A stretch of 38,448 nucleotides of DNA from Deltaproteobacteria bacterium (GCA_037133255.1 JBAXON010000002.1:1-38448), one strand, 5' to 3'; positions 1 through 8,156 are shown, numbered from the stretch's first letter. Notes: generated from the letters alone by a model not told the origin. Made by a program: numbers and translations.

Positions 1-241
1 CGCTGATGTCTTCTAGACAGCGACTGCAATCACTTTCAATAATTGCAGAAAGTTCACCTTTAATAAAAACAGTAGTGGACGTTTTTGTAATTCGACAATC
101 AAAATCAACTTTGCGCAGTATAAAATCAATGTCGGTAATTTCAGTTAAGAGCTTATTAAAACGCACGCCATCTTCAGAAACTACGTAGTTTAGTCCTTCT
201 TCAGGAATAATTTCCACATTAATTTTCAAAGAATCCGGCAT
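1..241 (-). CDS. DUF177/YceD-like protein, N-terminal part (runs off the window; not in the ORF track because there is no stop)
   Basis: My reverse-strand translation from the ATG at 241..239 gives MPDSLKINVEIIPEEGLNYVVSEDGVRFNKLLTEITDIDFILRKVDFDCRITKTSTTVFIKGELSAIIESDCSRCLEDIS. It is open to the window edge. The 'G.L...IE..C.RCLE' pattern is typical of YceD/DUF177. Confidence 0.55.
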   Translation of the reverse strand, partial: MPDSLKINVEIIPEEGLNYVVSEDGVRFNKLLTEITDIDFILRKVDFDCRITKTSTTVFIKGELSAIIESDCSRCLEDIS

Positions 242-355
242 CAAAGTTCTTCTGCCCCAGCAAAATTACGCAATCCACGCTGCGCTAAGTTCGTGAGTAA
301 ATTATAATTTCTTTTTCTTGTCAAGTATAATTTGCGGTTTTTGGGGAAATGCGGC

Positions 356-385
356 TTGACAAATGCTCGTTCACAGCCTTATAAA
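356..385 (+). promoter_or_regulatory. Candidate sigma70 promoter for gltX
   Basis: TTGACA (356-361), an 18-nt spacer, then TATAAA (380-385), about 20 nt upstream of the gltX ATG. AGGA lies just before the start. Confidence 0.3.
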
Positions 386-405
386 GCTGAAAAAACTAGG
401 AAAAT

Positions 406-1812
406 ATGATGACAACTGAAATTAGGACACGATTTGCGCCATCTCCTACCGGCTTCCTTCACATTGGCGGAGCCAGAACTGCTCTTTTTAGCTGGCTTTA
501 TGCCCGTCACTTAGGCGGGAAATTTGTTTTGAGAATTGAAGATACCGATCAGGAGCGTTCAACTGACGAATCTACAAAGGCAATCCTCGATGCCATGGCC
601 TGGCTTGGCCTGAACTGGGATGAAGGTCCCTACTTTCAGGCGCAAAGAGTTGATCTGCACCGGCAGATGGTCCAAAAGCTCATTGACGAGGGTAAAGCCT
701 ATTTCTGCACTTGCACAGCCGAAGAATTGGATGCTAAGCGAAAACAAGCGCTGGCAACAGGCAGAAAACCAAAATATGACGGCACCTGCCGCGATAAAAA
801 ATTAAGTAAATCAACAGGTAGTGTTGTGCGATTTCGCGGCGCGCAAACCGGCGCGACAATTGTCGAAGATTTAATCAAAGGGAATATCAGTTTTAATAAT
901 GATGAACTTGATGACTTGATCATTGAACGAGGCGATGGTTATCCGACCTATAACTTTGCAGTGGTTATCGATGACGCGATGATGAAAATAACCCATGTAA
1001 TTCGCGGCGATGACCATGTGAACAACACTCCCCGCCAAATTTTGATGTATCAAGCGCTGGGCTTTGATGTTCCCAAATTCGCCCACGTCCCGATGATTCT
1101 CGGTGCCGATAAAGCACGGCTTAGCAAAAGGCATGGCGCGACTTCGGTTATGGCTTATAAGGAAATGGGATTTTTACCGGAATCGTTGATCAATTATCTG
1201 GTGCGGCTCGGTTGGGCTCATGGGGATCAGGAAATTTTCTCTTTGAAAGAGTTGGTGAATTTGTTTTCTCTGGAATCAGTGGGCAAATCGCCTGCGGTTT
1301 TCAATCCGGAGAAGTTGCTTTGGCTCAATGCTCATTATATTAAGGAAGCAAAACCTGAGATTATCTTTGAGGAAATGAAACCTTTATGGCCGGCTCGCGT
1401 CAACAAAGACGATGCTGATTTTGTGCGCAAGGTTATCGCTGATCTGCAACCACGTTCAAAAACATTAGTTGAGTTGGCCGCATCCGCAGGTTTTTACTTT
1501 GCCCAAAAAGTTCAGTATGAAGAAGAGGCGGCCCGGAAGTTTCTTACTCCTGAAATCGCTTCCCATTTAGCAGCAATAGCAGCGGGACTTTCATCACTGC
1601 AAAACTTCAGCAAAGAAAGTATCGAGCAATATTTGCAGGCGTTTGTTCAAGAGAGGGAGATTAAACTGAAGGTTATTGCTCAGCCACTTCGCGTTGCCCT
1701 TACCGGCAAAACCGTCAGCCCCGGTATTGATGAAGTCATGGTTACTTTAGGCAAGGATCGGGTAATTAAGAGGATTCAAGAAGCCCAGTCGTATATCGAG
1801 GCAGGCAATTAA
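406..1812 (+). CDS. gltX: Glutamate--tRNA ligase (glutamyl-tRNA synthetase)
   Basis: 468 aa. It has the class I HIGH motif (PSPTGFLHIGGARTALF) and a KMSKS-type motif (RLSKRHG), with a typical GluRS core (YPTYNFAVVIDD, ITHVIRGDDH). Confidence 0.95.
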   Translation: MMTTEIRTRFAPSPTGFLHIGGARTALFSWLYARHLGGKFVLRIEDTDQERSTDESTKAILDAMAWLGLNWDEGPYFQAQRVDLHRQMVQKLIDEGKAYFCTCTAEELDAKRKQALATGRKPKYDGTCRDKKLSKSTGSVVRFRGAQTGATIVEDLIKGNISFNNDELDDLIIERGDGYPTYNFAVVIDDAMMKITHVIRGDDHVNNTPRQILMYQALGFDVPKFAHVPMILGADKARLSKRHGATSVMAYKEMGFLPESLINYLVRLGWAHGDQEIFSLKELVNLFSLESVGKSPAVFNPEKLLWLNAHYIKEAKPEIIFEEMKPLWPARVNKDDADFVRKVIADLQPRSKTLVELAASAGFYFAQKVQYEEEAARKFLTPEIASHLAAIAAGLSSLQNFSKESIEQYLQAFVQEREIKLKVIAQPLRVALTGKTVSPGIDEVMVTLGKDRVIKRIQEAQSYIEAGN

Positions 1813-1858
1813 ATTCCTGGCTGATCAGCAATGGATTATAGACAGCCATAATTTAGTC

Positions 1859-1887
1859 TTGACTTTTATAATCGGATTGAATAGATA
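1859..1887 (+). promoter_or_regulatory. Candidate sigma70 promoter upstream of tRNA-Glu
   Basis: TTGACT (1859-1864), a 17-nt spacer, then TAGATA (1882-1887). It lies about 85 nt upstream of the mature tRNA 5' end. Confidence 0.3.
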
Positions 1888-1970
1888 CTCATCACGCAAT
1901 GCTTTTCGGGGATCGTCAATTGGCAGGACGATGAGTGCCGCCAAAATTCGATTCCTGATCTTTCATCCAC

Positions 1971-2045
1971 GGTCCCATCGTCTAGTGGTTAGGACGCTGG
2001 CCTCTCACGCCGGAGACCGGGGTTCAACTCCCCGTGGGACTACCA
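1971..2045 (+). tRNA. tRNA-Glu, anticodon CUC, with encoded CCA
   Basis: Hand-folded cloverleaf: acceptor GGTCCCA/TGGGACT (G1:U72 wobble); D arm GTCT-AGTGGTTA-GGAC; anticodon arm CTGGC-CTCTCAC-GCCGG (anticodon CTC); variable AGAC; T arm CGGGG-TTCAACT-CCCCG; discriminator A + CCA. Total 75 nt. Confidence 0.9.
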
Positions 2046-2125
2046 AATAACATGGCCGTTTATTGTCTGCGTGTTCCTTCTGCTCTGCCTAAAAGCTAAA
2101 ACCTTGAGCATCAAATATGATGCGG

Positions 2126-2977
2126 CTATTTTTTTGTTTTGACGATCAGTGATCCCTCGGAAAATTCCGCAGGCTTTTGGGCTGCCCCTGACGAAACTTC
2201 TTTGATTTTAATGCTCCTTGTTTTAATGCCGATATCCTGCGGCTTGGTTTTTACCGCATAGACGCTGCCTTCTTGTTTAAGCTTTATATCTCCCAGTTCA
2301 GCAACACTGGCATAGATCATAATGCTTTCCTCTCCAAAGGGCGGGTTCACCTCCAGTTCAAATTTATCCTTCCCGGACGGGATTTCATAAACCGTACCGC
2401 CCTGAAAGTAATTATCCTGCCGGTAAGGATTAGGCAATATCTGAATTTCGTTATTCCCGGCATCCCGATAGATCACCCTGGCAAAGAATGGTTTATTGCC
2501 TTGGAGATAAATCTTCATTTTCTCACCTTCACTATAGGCTGCCTTATCCGACCAGACTTTCACCGTAAGCGGCAAAGTCGGGTCATCCGGTGCTGTATCT
2601 TTTACCTTCTTCATTACCTTTTCATTAGGGATGACATCAGCCTTGATCTTGACCTTGTAGCAATCACCCTGCGCCGGATCTTTATGCCAACCCTTCCCCA
2701 TTTCTTCGATCACCTCAACCCTAGCATCGGCATAAGCGGTGACAAGATCTTTCTTAAGCTCAAAGTCCTGCACTTCGGTTGATGAAGACACGTAGGTTTG
2801 GACCTGCTCAATGGCGTTTCTCTTGGCATCGGCCATGGCCAAAGTTTCGGTTTGCTTGCGCGTTTTGTCATCTCCCAGACAGGCAGTGCCTTCCACTATT
2901 TTAATCGCGGATTGCGCGGCGTAAAGCTGTGCGGTCAGACAAAGACTAACGATCAGGGAAAATATTATTTTACGCAT
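2126..2977 (-). CDS. Secreted protein or lipoprotein with an LPP20-like N-terminal domain and a DUF4384-like C-terminal domain
   Basis: 283 aa with signal peptide MRKIIFSLIVSLCLTAQLYAAQS and a GGAGG SD before the ATG. The N-terminal segment (RKQTETLAMADAKRNAIEQVQTYVSSSTEV) resembles LPP20-type lipoproteins. The C-terminal segment (VKVWSDKAAYSEGEKMKIYLQGNKPFFARVIYRDAGNNEIQILPN) resembles DUF4384. Family names are from memory and have not been searched. Confidence 0.55.
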   Translation of the reverse strand: MRKIIFSLIVSLCLTAQLYAAQSAIKIVEGTACLGDDKTRKQTETLAMADAKRNAIEQVQTYVSSSTEVQDFELKKDLVTAYADARVEVIEEMGKGWHKDPAQGDCYKVKIKADVIPNEKVMKKVKDTAPDDPTLPLTVKVWSDKAAYSEGEKMKIYLQGNKPFFARVIYRDAGNNEIQILPNPYRQDNYFQGGTVYEIPSGKDKFELEVNPPFGEESIMIYASVAELGDIKLKQEGSVYAVKTKPQDIGIKTRSIKIKEVSSGAAQKPAEFSEGSLIVKTKK

Positions 2978-3313
2978 AGAACCTCCATCTATAGTTTATT
3001 TCACACACTCGTTCCCAAGCTCCGGATTGGGAAAGTTCTTGCAAAGAATAATGATCAAATAATCAATCCCGCTGTGAGACTGTGTCATAATCTTCGTTTG
3101 TCATTGCGTGCAAGCTAAGCGCGACACGGCGAAGTGCCCCTGTAGTGCCCTTTAGGGTATTTTAAGAATACGATATTTCTTATACTTCAACCTGCAATAA
3201 ATGGCAATTAAATGTTCAGGCCGCCCTATTGAACATTTGCATGGAAGTTTTCCGAGATTGTAATTTTTTATAGCACTCTTGATTGGCCACGCAGGAAATG
3301 ATATGTCTTTTTC

Positions 3314-4123
3314 ATGACAAAAACTCTTGTCCAAATCTATGAAGTGCAAAACCCGGCAGAGGCAGAGGCTCTCATTGCTTTGGGCGTTGATCACATTGGC
3401 AGTGTTCTGTTATCGGGAAATTCGTGGAAAGTGGAGTCCATCAGGAAAACCGTTCAGACAATTCAGCAGGCGGGAGGGAAAAGTGGTTTAATCCCGCTCT
3501 TTGGCGACCCGCAAACTGTTTTTCAGGCCTTGGATTACTATCGGCCTGATTTTGTCCATTTCTGTGAGGCAATCTCTATATTTCCCGAAAATAAGGCAAC
3601 AACCATGCGGGAAATTGACGCTTTTATTACGCTTCAGGCAGATCTCAAAAACAGGTTCCCGCAGGTTAAAATTATGCGATCAATATCAGTGCCAACGCCA
3701 GGCGCAGTAAGGGAAAGCGATGTTTTAAATAATATCCTTTCCTTTACCAAACTACTGGCGCCAGTTAGTGACCTTTTCCTTATTGATACGATAATTGGCA
3801 ATCAGGTTGCCGTTCATGACCAGCCAGTGGCGGGTTATGTTGGCATTACCGGAGAGGTTTGCGATTGGAATATGGCCGGGGAGATCATTAAGCAAAGTCC
3901 CATCACCGTAATCCTGGCCGGTGGTCTTTCGGACGAAAACGTCTTTGATGCAATCGTTAATCTGCAACCGGCAGGGGTGGACAGTTGTACTAAAACCAAT
4001 GCAGTCGATAAAGAAGGCAGGCCTGTCCGCTTTCAAAAAGACCTCAAAAAGGTCAAACGCATGGTGGACGAAACAAGAAGAGCAGATGCCGCCTTGGCGG
4101 GAGCTTTAAAAAAATCGAACTGA
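3314..4123 (+). CDS. Phosphoribosylanthranilate isomerase (TrpF)-like TIM-barrel protein
   Basis: 269 aa. The N-terminus VQIYEVQNPAEAEALIALGVDHIGSV and the C-terminal ILAGGLSDENV...PAGVDSCTKT resemble PRAI-family motifs. It is longer than a canonical TrpF and is not in a trp operon. Confidence 0.45.
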   Translation: MTKTLVQIYEVQNPAEAEALIALGVDHIGSVLLSGNSWKVESIRKTVQTIQQAGGKSGLIPLFGDPQTVFQALDYYRPDFVHFCEAISIFPENKATTMREIDAFITLQADLKNRFPQVKIMRSISVPTPGAVRESDVLNNILSFTKLLAPVSDLFLIDTIIGNQVAVHDQPVAGYVGITGEVCDWNMAGEIIKQSPITVILAGGLSDENVFDAIVNLQPAGVDSCTKTNAVDKEGRPVRFQKDLKKVKRMVDETRRADAALAGALKKSN

Positions 4124-4193
4124 TTATTATTATCTTCTATAAAAACAAAAAGAGTGATAAGGTACACCCATTTAGAGTGAGATAGGGTTTCTT

Positions 4194-4622
4194 ATGGCGT
4201 TTAATATAAAACATATTCAGTTGATCAGAGATAAAGGACTTTTGCTTTTCTTATTGCTGATTTTTTCAGGTGTCCTTACATCATGCTCACTGAAAGCCTT
4301 TTATATGTCCCCGGAAGAGACATGGGAGTATCCGGGCGGCTCCTCCCCTCCAATGTCTATAGTTTTTCATGCCGATGGCAGACTTACTTTTGTCGGTGGT
4401 TTTGATAGTTTTCATCCGGCAACATGGCATTTTGATCAGCACAGACATCAATTGCAGATAAAAGTATCCAATTATGACAAATCTCCGACAGGATGCGAGA
4501 CTTCATCCGCGGAGGAATCTTCTTGTTTGTTTTATAATCCGAAAACAGACTCATTTGAATGCAAGCTCACCCAAAAGACTAAAAGCATCACCTTCCTGGG
4601 CTGGAATTTTTTCCGGAAATAG
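4194..4622 (+). CDS. Small hypothetical lipoprotein
   Basis: 142 aa with a hydrophobic leader and a lipobox-like LTSC (…LLLIFSGVLTSCS). I recognise no family. Its last 56 codons are duplicated downstream at 5984-6151. Confidence 0.55.
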   Translation: MAFNIKHIQLIRDKGLLLFLLLIFSGVLTSCSLKAFYMSPEETWEYPGGSSPPMSIVFHADGRLTFVGGFDSFHPATWHFDQHRHQLQIKVSNYDKSPTGCETSSAEESSCLFYNPKTDSFECKLTQKTKSITFLGWNFFRK

Positions 4623-4626
4623 CCGG
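4455..4626. repeat. Direct repeat copy 1 (172 bp), 170/172 identical to 5984-6155
   Basis: Base-by-base comparison of the two stretches. The only differences are T4472 vs C6001 and G4603 vs C6132. Copy 1 is the intact 3' end of CDS 4194-4622 plus 4 nt. Confidence 0.95.
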
Positions 4627-4705
4627 CAATATCGATTAATAGAAAATCGCTAAAAATAATTACGAGTGGACACCGAAAAGAGAATAGGTGCTTTAAAGGT
4701 GAACA

Positions 4706-5035
4706 ATGCCATACGATACAGGGTTAGCGCAGAGAATTCGCGAGATATTAGAAGAAGAGCCTGAGTTTGATGAAAAGAAAATGTTTGGGGGAATTTGTTT
4801 TTTACTTTTCGGTAACATGGTCTGCGGTATAATTCGAGACAATCTGATTGTTCGCGTAGGTGCCGCTAATTATAATGAGGCGTTGAAGATGCCCCATATA
4901 AAAAAGTTTGACCTTACCGGAAAAGCATTAACAGGTTGGGTTATGGTTGTATCCGAAGCTCTGGATTCAGATGAAGAACTCAATGACTGGGTGCAAAAAG
5001 CGGTGAATTTTGTCCGGACGCTGCCACCCAAATAG
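4706..5035 (+). CDS. TfoX N-terminal-domain protein
   Basis: 109 aa. The motif KKMFGGICFLLFGNMVCGI…LIVRV is characteristic of the TfoX_N domain. There is no TfoX C-terminal domain. Confidence 0.65.
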   Translation: MPYDTGLAQRIREILEEEPEFDEKKMFGGICFLLFGNMVCGIIRDNLIVRVGAANYNEALKMPHIKKFDLTGKALTGWVMVVSEALDSDEELNDWVQKAVNFVRTLPPK

Positions 5036-5076
5036 GCGCAAAAGCAATCAAAGGGGACGTCCCCATTATTCCCTTC

Positions 5077-5406
5077 TTACCGGCTTAGCTTTGCTCCAGC
5101 TATCCGGTTTAGGCTGACGCCTGATTCCGATGCCTGAATGGCCAAGTTTCTATGAACTTCCGGAGGCACACGTACCATAAATTTACCGCTGAATTTTTTA
5201 CAGGCAATCGCTTGAGGCACCTCTTCACCCGATTGCGTCATATCATTGATAACACCTTCGACAATTTTTCGGATACCTTTTAGTGCCGTTTCCGGTGCTT
5301 CATCCAGCCAGCTTAAGCTGGGGAATTCTGTACATAAGCCAACATATTCCTGATCATCATCAGACCAGGTTACTCGATATGTATAACGATCATTTTTCAG
5401 CGGCAT
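5077..5406 (-). CDS. hicB: HicB-family antitoxin (RNase H-like fold N-domain + RHH-type C-terminus)
   Basis: YTYRVTWSDDDQEYVGLCTEFPSLSWLDEAPETALKGIRKIVEGVINDM…FSGKFMVRVPPEVHRNLAIQASESGVSLNRI. I prefer the start at the internal ATG 5406..5404, which is preceded by GGAGG. It overlaps the hicA 3' end by 17 nt. Confidence 0.8.
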   Translation of the reverse strand: MPLKNDRYTYRVTWSDDDQEYVGLCTEFPSLSWLDEAPETALKGIRKIVEGVINDMTQSGEEVPQAIACKKFSGKFMVRVPPEVHRNLAIQASESGVSLNRIAGAKLSR

Positions 5407-5650
5407 ATTCAACCTCCAACTTCTCAAGCGCCAGCAGTACTTGCTTCACCTGATAAGCCTTAGTCTTTCCTTTGTCATTTTGTATGTTGATACGCGGATC
5501 TCCTTGCCACGGCGTCTTGTAAACATGATGACTTCCATCCTTCTGCCGTGCCTTGCCAAAATAATAAATACATACCTTGCTCAAGTCAGAAAACCTGACA
5601 TCCGACGGATTTCTTTTCATCCTTGTAAGAATTTCTTCGATTTTCGCCAT
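5390..5650 (-). CDS. hicA: HicA-family mRNA interferase toxin
   Basis: 86 aa with a conserved GSHH core (QKDGSHHVYKTPW). It sits immediately upstream of hicB and overlaps it. Confidence 0.7.
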   Translation of the reverse strand: MAKIEEILTRMKRNPSDVRFSDLSKVCIYYFGKARQKDGSHHVYKTPWQGDPRINIQNDKGKTKAYQVKQVLLALEKLEVEYAAEK

Positions 5651-5685
5651 TTCCTGTATAGTATCAATATTGATATTTATGTCAA
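5651..5685 (-). promoter_or_regulatory. Candidate hicAB promoter with an embedded 14-bp perfect palindrome (operator candidate)
   Basis: Minus strand reads TTGACA (5685-5680), a 16-nt spacer, then TACTAT (5663-5658), then ATG at 5650. TATCAATATTGATA (5662-5675) is a perfect palindrome that fills the spacer and overlaps the -10. Confidence 0.4.
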
Positions 5686-5983
5686 GCGGTTTTTACCATT
5701 GTAAAATAGGCCTATCCCGCTTGTCACGGAAGCCGGCATGCATGTTTATACCAAGTTGCATTCAAACATTAAGATTTTAATTTTTGAAAGCTTACTTGGT
5801 ATTATGCCAGGCCAATCAGCCTTTAATGAGACTAGCTAAAAACAAGCGAAGCGAAGCAGGGCTAATGTTTGATGGTTAACTGGTACAAGTTGAAGATTGC
5901 CGCGTAGAGAGTGAAGGGGAAATGCAGGATTGGCGTGGGTTAGCGGATGATGTCAATTAAATAGAGCCGTCCCCATTAAGTCC

Positions 5984-6151
5984 CAGATAAAAGTATCCAA
6001 CTATGACAAATCTCCGACAGGATGCGAGACTTCATCCGCGGAGGAATCTTCTTGTTTGTTTTATAATCCGAAAACAGACTCATTTGAATGCAAGCTCACC
6101 CAAAAGACTAAAAGCATCACCTTCCTGGGCTCGAATTTTTTCCGGAAATAG
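5984..6151 (+). pseudogene. Orphan 3' fragment (last 56 codons) of lipoprotein gene 4194-4622; this is direct repeat copy 2 (the repeat extends to 6155)
   Basis: 170/172 nt identical to 4455-4626. It has one synonymous and one W->S difference, no start codon or 5' part, and ends at the same TAG. Confidence 0.85.
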
Positions 6152-6156
6152 CCGGT

Positions 6157-6876
6157 TCATTGTTTGAACAGATCGAGCGGTTCAATATATGCCGGATCTT
6201 CATTTTCCATGGCGGCAATGATGTGTTTATGGAAACGCTTTTTCATCTCACCGAAAATTGATCTGCCCTTTTTAAAGGTCTTGGCAAAAGCCAGTGAATC
6301 CTCCATCAGTGCCACAGCATTATCGCTTGCTTTATGGATAACGTGATGCTTCTCCAACTCTGCCGCATTATAGCGCTGTCCTGTCAGTGTCGCTTCAACC
6401 AGCTTGTAATAGGGAAATGTCTTCTTCATCATTTCCTGCATCGAGGGAAGAAATGGAATGTTGAGATCCACTTCGGGGAAGAAGAAACACCCGCGATCGG
6501 CCTTCATTAAACGGAAATCGCAGCAGCAGGCCAGGATGCTCCCATTACCGGCTGTGTGTCCGTTGAGAGCCCCGATCACAGGCATGGGCATAAGGAGCAT
6601 GGCCTTGAAGACTTTATTCATGTCATACATAAATTGTTTGATGGAATCGAATTCCTTGCCGGTAAATGCCGGAAAGATCCACGACACGTCAATACCCTGC
6701 GACCAGCTTTTTTCATCACTGGATGTCAGAATGATGGAATAGACGGATGTGTCTTTTTCCACTTCCTCCAACGCCGCAAGCATGGCTTTGGCAAAAGCGG
6801 GATTGTGGCGGTTTTCGCCGTTGTTCATGCTGATTATGGCTACGGTTTCATCTTTTTTCCAACTTACAATGGACAT
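6157..6876 (-). CDS. Enoyl-CoA hydratase/isomerase (crotonase) family protein
   Basis: 239 aa with a crotonase-fold pattern (VAIISMNNGENRHNP…, PVIGALNGHTAGNGSILACCCDFRLM) and a GGAGG SD. Confidence 0.75.
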   Translation of the reverse strand: MSIVSWKKDETVAIISMNNGENRHNPAFAKAMLAALEEVEKDTSVYSIILTSSDEKSWSQGIDVSWIFPAFTGKEFDSIKQFMYDMNKVFKAMLLMPMPVIGALNGHTAGNGSILACCCDFRLMKADRGCFFFPEVDLNIPFLPSMQEMMKKTFPYYKLVEATLTGQRYNAAELEKHHVIHKASDNAVALMEDSLAFAKTFKKGRSIFGEMKKRFHKHIIAAMENEDPAYIEPLDLFKQ

Positions 6877-7019
6877 AATATTTGTTCCTCCTCAAAAGCG
6901 ATTATGTTTAAGCTATATTAATATCTGCTTTTATGTCAAGGGAAACTAACCGCCCTAATTATAATTTGACATCTTCAATTCCAAAAGCATATATAACAGT
7001 TACTTGGCAAGGAGGGGTT

Positions 7020-8156
7020 ATGCAACATAAATTGGATTCTTATGCAAAAATAAAAATTGGCGTGCTTTATGGCGGAAGGTCGGGCGAACACAGCGTTTCT
7101 CTTTGTTCGGCTGCATCGGTCGTTTCCGCACTGGATCAAAACAAATATGAAGTTATAGCCATAGGCATTGATCGTGACGGCCGCTGGTATGTTCAGGATC
7201 AGCCGGAAATTGTTCCGGATAAAGATTTCGGTCGGATTCTCTCCTTAAAAAAACGAGGGAAATGGCTGGTTAATCATTTTGAGCAGGGAAACAAGCTGCA
7301 CATCTACAATGTTGAAAACAAAAATGAAGAAGTAGTAGTTGATGTCATTTTCCCTGTTTTGCATGGGACCTATGGCGAAGATGGTACATTGCAGGGATTG
7401 CTGGAGCTGGCGATGGTTCCGTATATCGGAGCGGATGTAGCAGGCTCTGCCGTGGGAATGGATAAAGATATAGCCAAGAGATTACTTAAAGAATCGGGTA
7501 TTCCAGTTGTGCCATCTATCACTATCAGTAAACATAAGTGGCAGGAAAACTCAGGAATTATTATTGAGGATGCTATAAGTAAGCTCGGGAAAACGCTTTT
7601 TGTCAAACCATTGTGTACCGGTTCTTCGGTGGGAGTGAAAAAGGTCAAGACAAAAGAATTGCTACCAGAAGCAATTGATTTCGCTTTTCAATTCGATACC
7701 CGCATAATGATCGAAAAGGCAATTGATTGCCGGGAAATTGAATGCGCCGTTTTGGGTAATGAAAACCCGGCAGCGTCCATATTGGGTGAAATACTTCCTA
7801 ATTCAGATAATCATGAATTCTATTCCTACGAAGCCAAATATATTGATCCGAATGGCGCAACAATGAAAATACCCGCTGATTTCGGTGGAAATCTTGCCGA
7901 TCTCATCCGCAAAACGGCTGTTCAAGGTTACATGGCCCTGGGATGCAGTTCTCTTGCAAGAGTGGATTTCTTTCTGGACAGGAAGACCAACGAATTTTAT
8001 CTAAACGAAATAAATACGCTCCCCGGCTTTACCAGTATCAGCATGTACCCTAAGCTATGGGAAGCCACAGGTCTGAAATACAGCGATTTGCTGGATAAAC
8101 TGATTGCCCTGGCGCTGGAGCGACATCGAAATAAAATGGAAATTAAAACGGATTAA
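7020..8156 (+). CDS. ddl: D-alanine--D-alanine ligase
   Basis: IKIGVLYGGRSGEHSVSLCSAASV…, an ATP-grasp body, and C-terminal LNEINTLPGFTSISMYPKLW. I moved the start from the track's 6933 to ATG 7020, which is directly preceded by AAGGAGGGG. Confidence 0.9.
   Translation: MQHKLDSYAKIKIGVLYGGRSGEHSVSLCSAASVVSALDQNKYEVIAIGIDRDGRWYVQDQPEIVPDKDFGRILSLKKRGKWLVNHFEQGNKLHIYNVENKNEEVVVDVIFPVLHGTYGEDGTLQGLLELAMVPYIGADVAGSAVGMDKDIAKRLLKESGIPVVPSITISKHKWQENSGIIIEDAISKLGKTLFVKPLCTGSSVGVKKVKTKELLPEAIDFAFQFDTRIMIEKAIDCREIECAVLGNENPAASILGEILPNSDNHEFYSYEAKYIDPNGATMKIPADFGGNLADLIRKTAVQGYMALGCSSLARVDFFLDRKTNEFYLNEINTLPGFTSISMYPKLWEATGLKYSDLLDKLIALALERHRNKMEIKTD

Larger units (their letters stand above)
4627..5983. 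mobile_element. Candidate inserted islet (tfoX-like + hicAB + about 330 bp non-coding) bounded by the 172-bp direct repeats. No recombinase gene is present.
   Basis: Bracketed by near-identical direct repeats, one of which is a functionless gene fragment. The cargo is an addiction-type TA pair. No integrase or transposase ORF is seen on either strand. Confidence 0.35.

Noticed and set aside
559-1134. Track ORFs antisense or out of frame within gltX (559..747, 620..805, 699..923, 871..1134). The same class of ORF occurs inside other strong genes, for example 2273..2782, 7370..7648, 12956..13372, 14285..14665, 17642..18202, 26451..26882, 26979..27482, 28491..29078, 35075..35329 and 37388..37795.
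   Set aside because: Each is fully embedded in, and usually antisense to, a CDS with clear family signatures. They have no SD sequences and show low-complexity or odd composition. I treat them as shadow ORFs.
1906-1970. A possible second tRNA gene upstream of tRNA-Glu (D-arm-like GTCAATTGGCAGGAC and TTCGATTCC strings).
   Set aside because: I could not fold an anticodon arm or a T-stem, and the acceptor would need three consecutive G:U pairs. At best it is a degenerate remnant.
3118-3394. Track ORF 3152..3394 (minus), plus a weak nucleotide resemblance of 3125-3150 to the 3' end of the DUF1566 gene (16541-16567). I considered these as a decayed paralogue upstream of gene 2126-2977.
   Set aside because: The ORF overlaps the TrpF-like start and has no SD or family signal. 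The resemblance is about 70% over 25 nt and needs a frameshift to align at the protein level, so it is not distinguishable from chance.
5053-5064. The 12-bp perfect palindrome GGGGACGTCCCC between the convergent tfoX-like and hicB genes, and the 11-mer CGTCCCCATTA shared with 5968-5978, considered as possible att-like or core sites of the islet.
   Set aside because: As a hairpin, the palindrome gives only a 4-bp stem. A single shared 11-mer is within chance expectation for this window size, and neither sits at the repeat boundaries.
6933-7019. N-terminal extensions of track ORFs: ddl from 6933, CT from 10069, BCCP from 13810, pyrE to 24814, xseA from 30111, dxs from 32581, DUF3426 protein to 9707, and DUF1566 protein to 17381.
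   Set aside because: In each case an internal ATG is preceded by a good Shine-Dalgarno sequence and matches the expected family N-terminus. The extension overlaps the neighbouring gene or lacks an SD.
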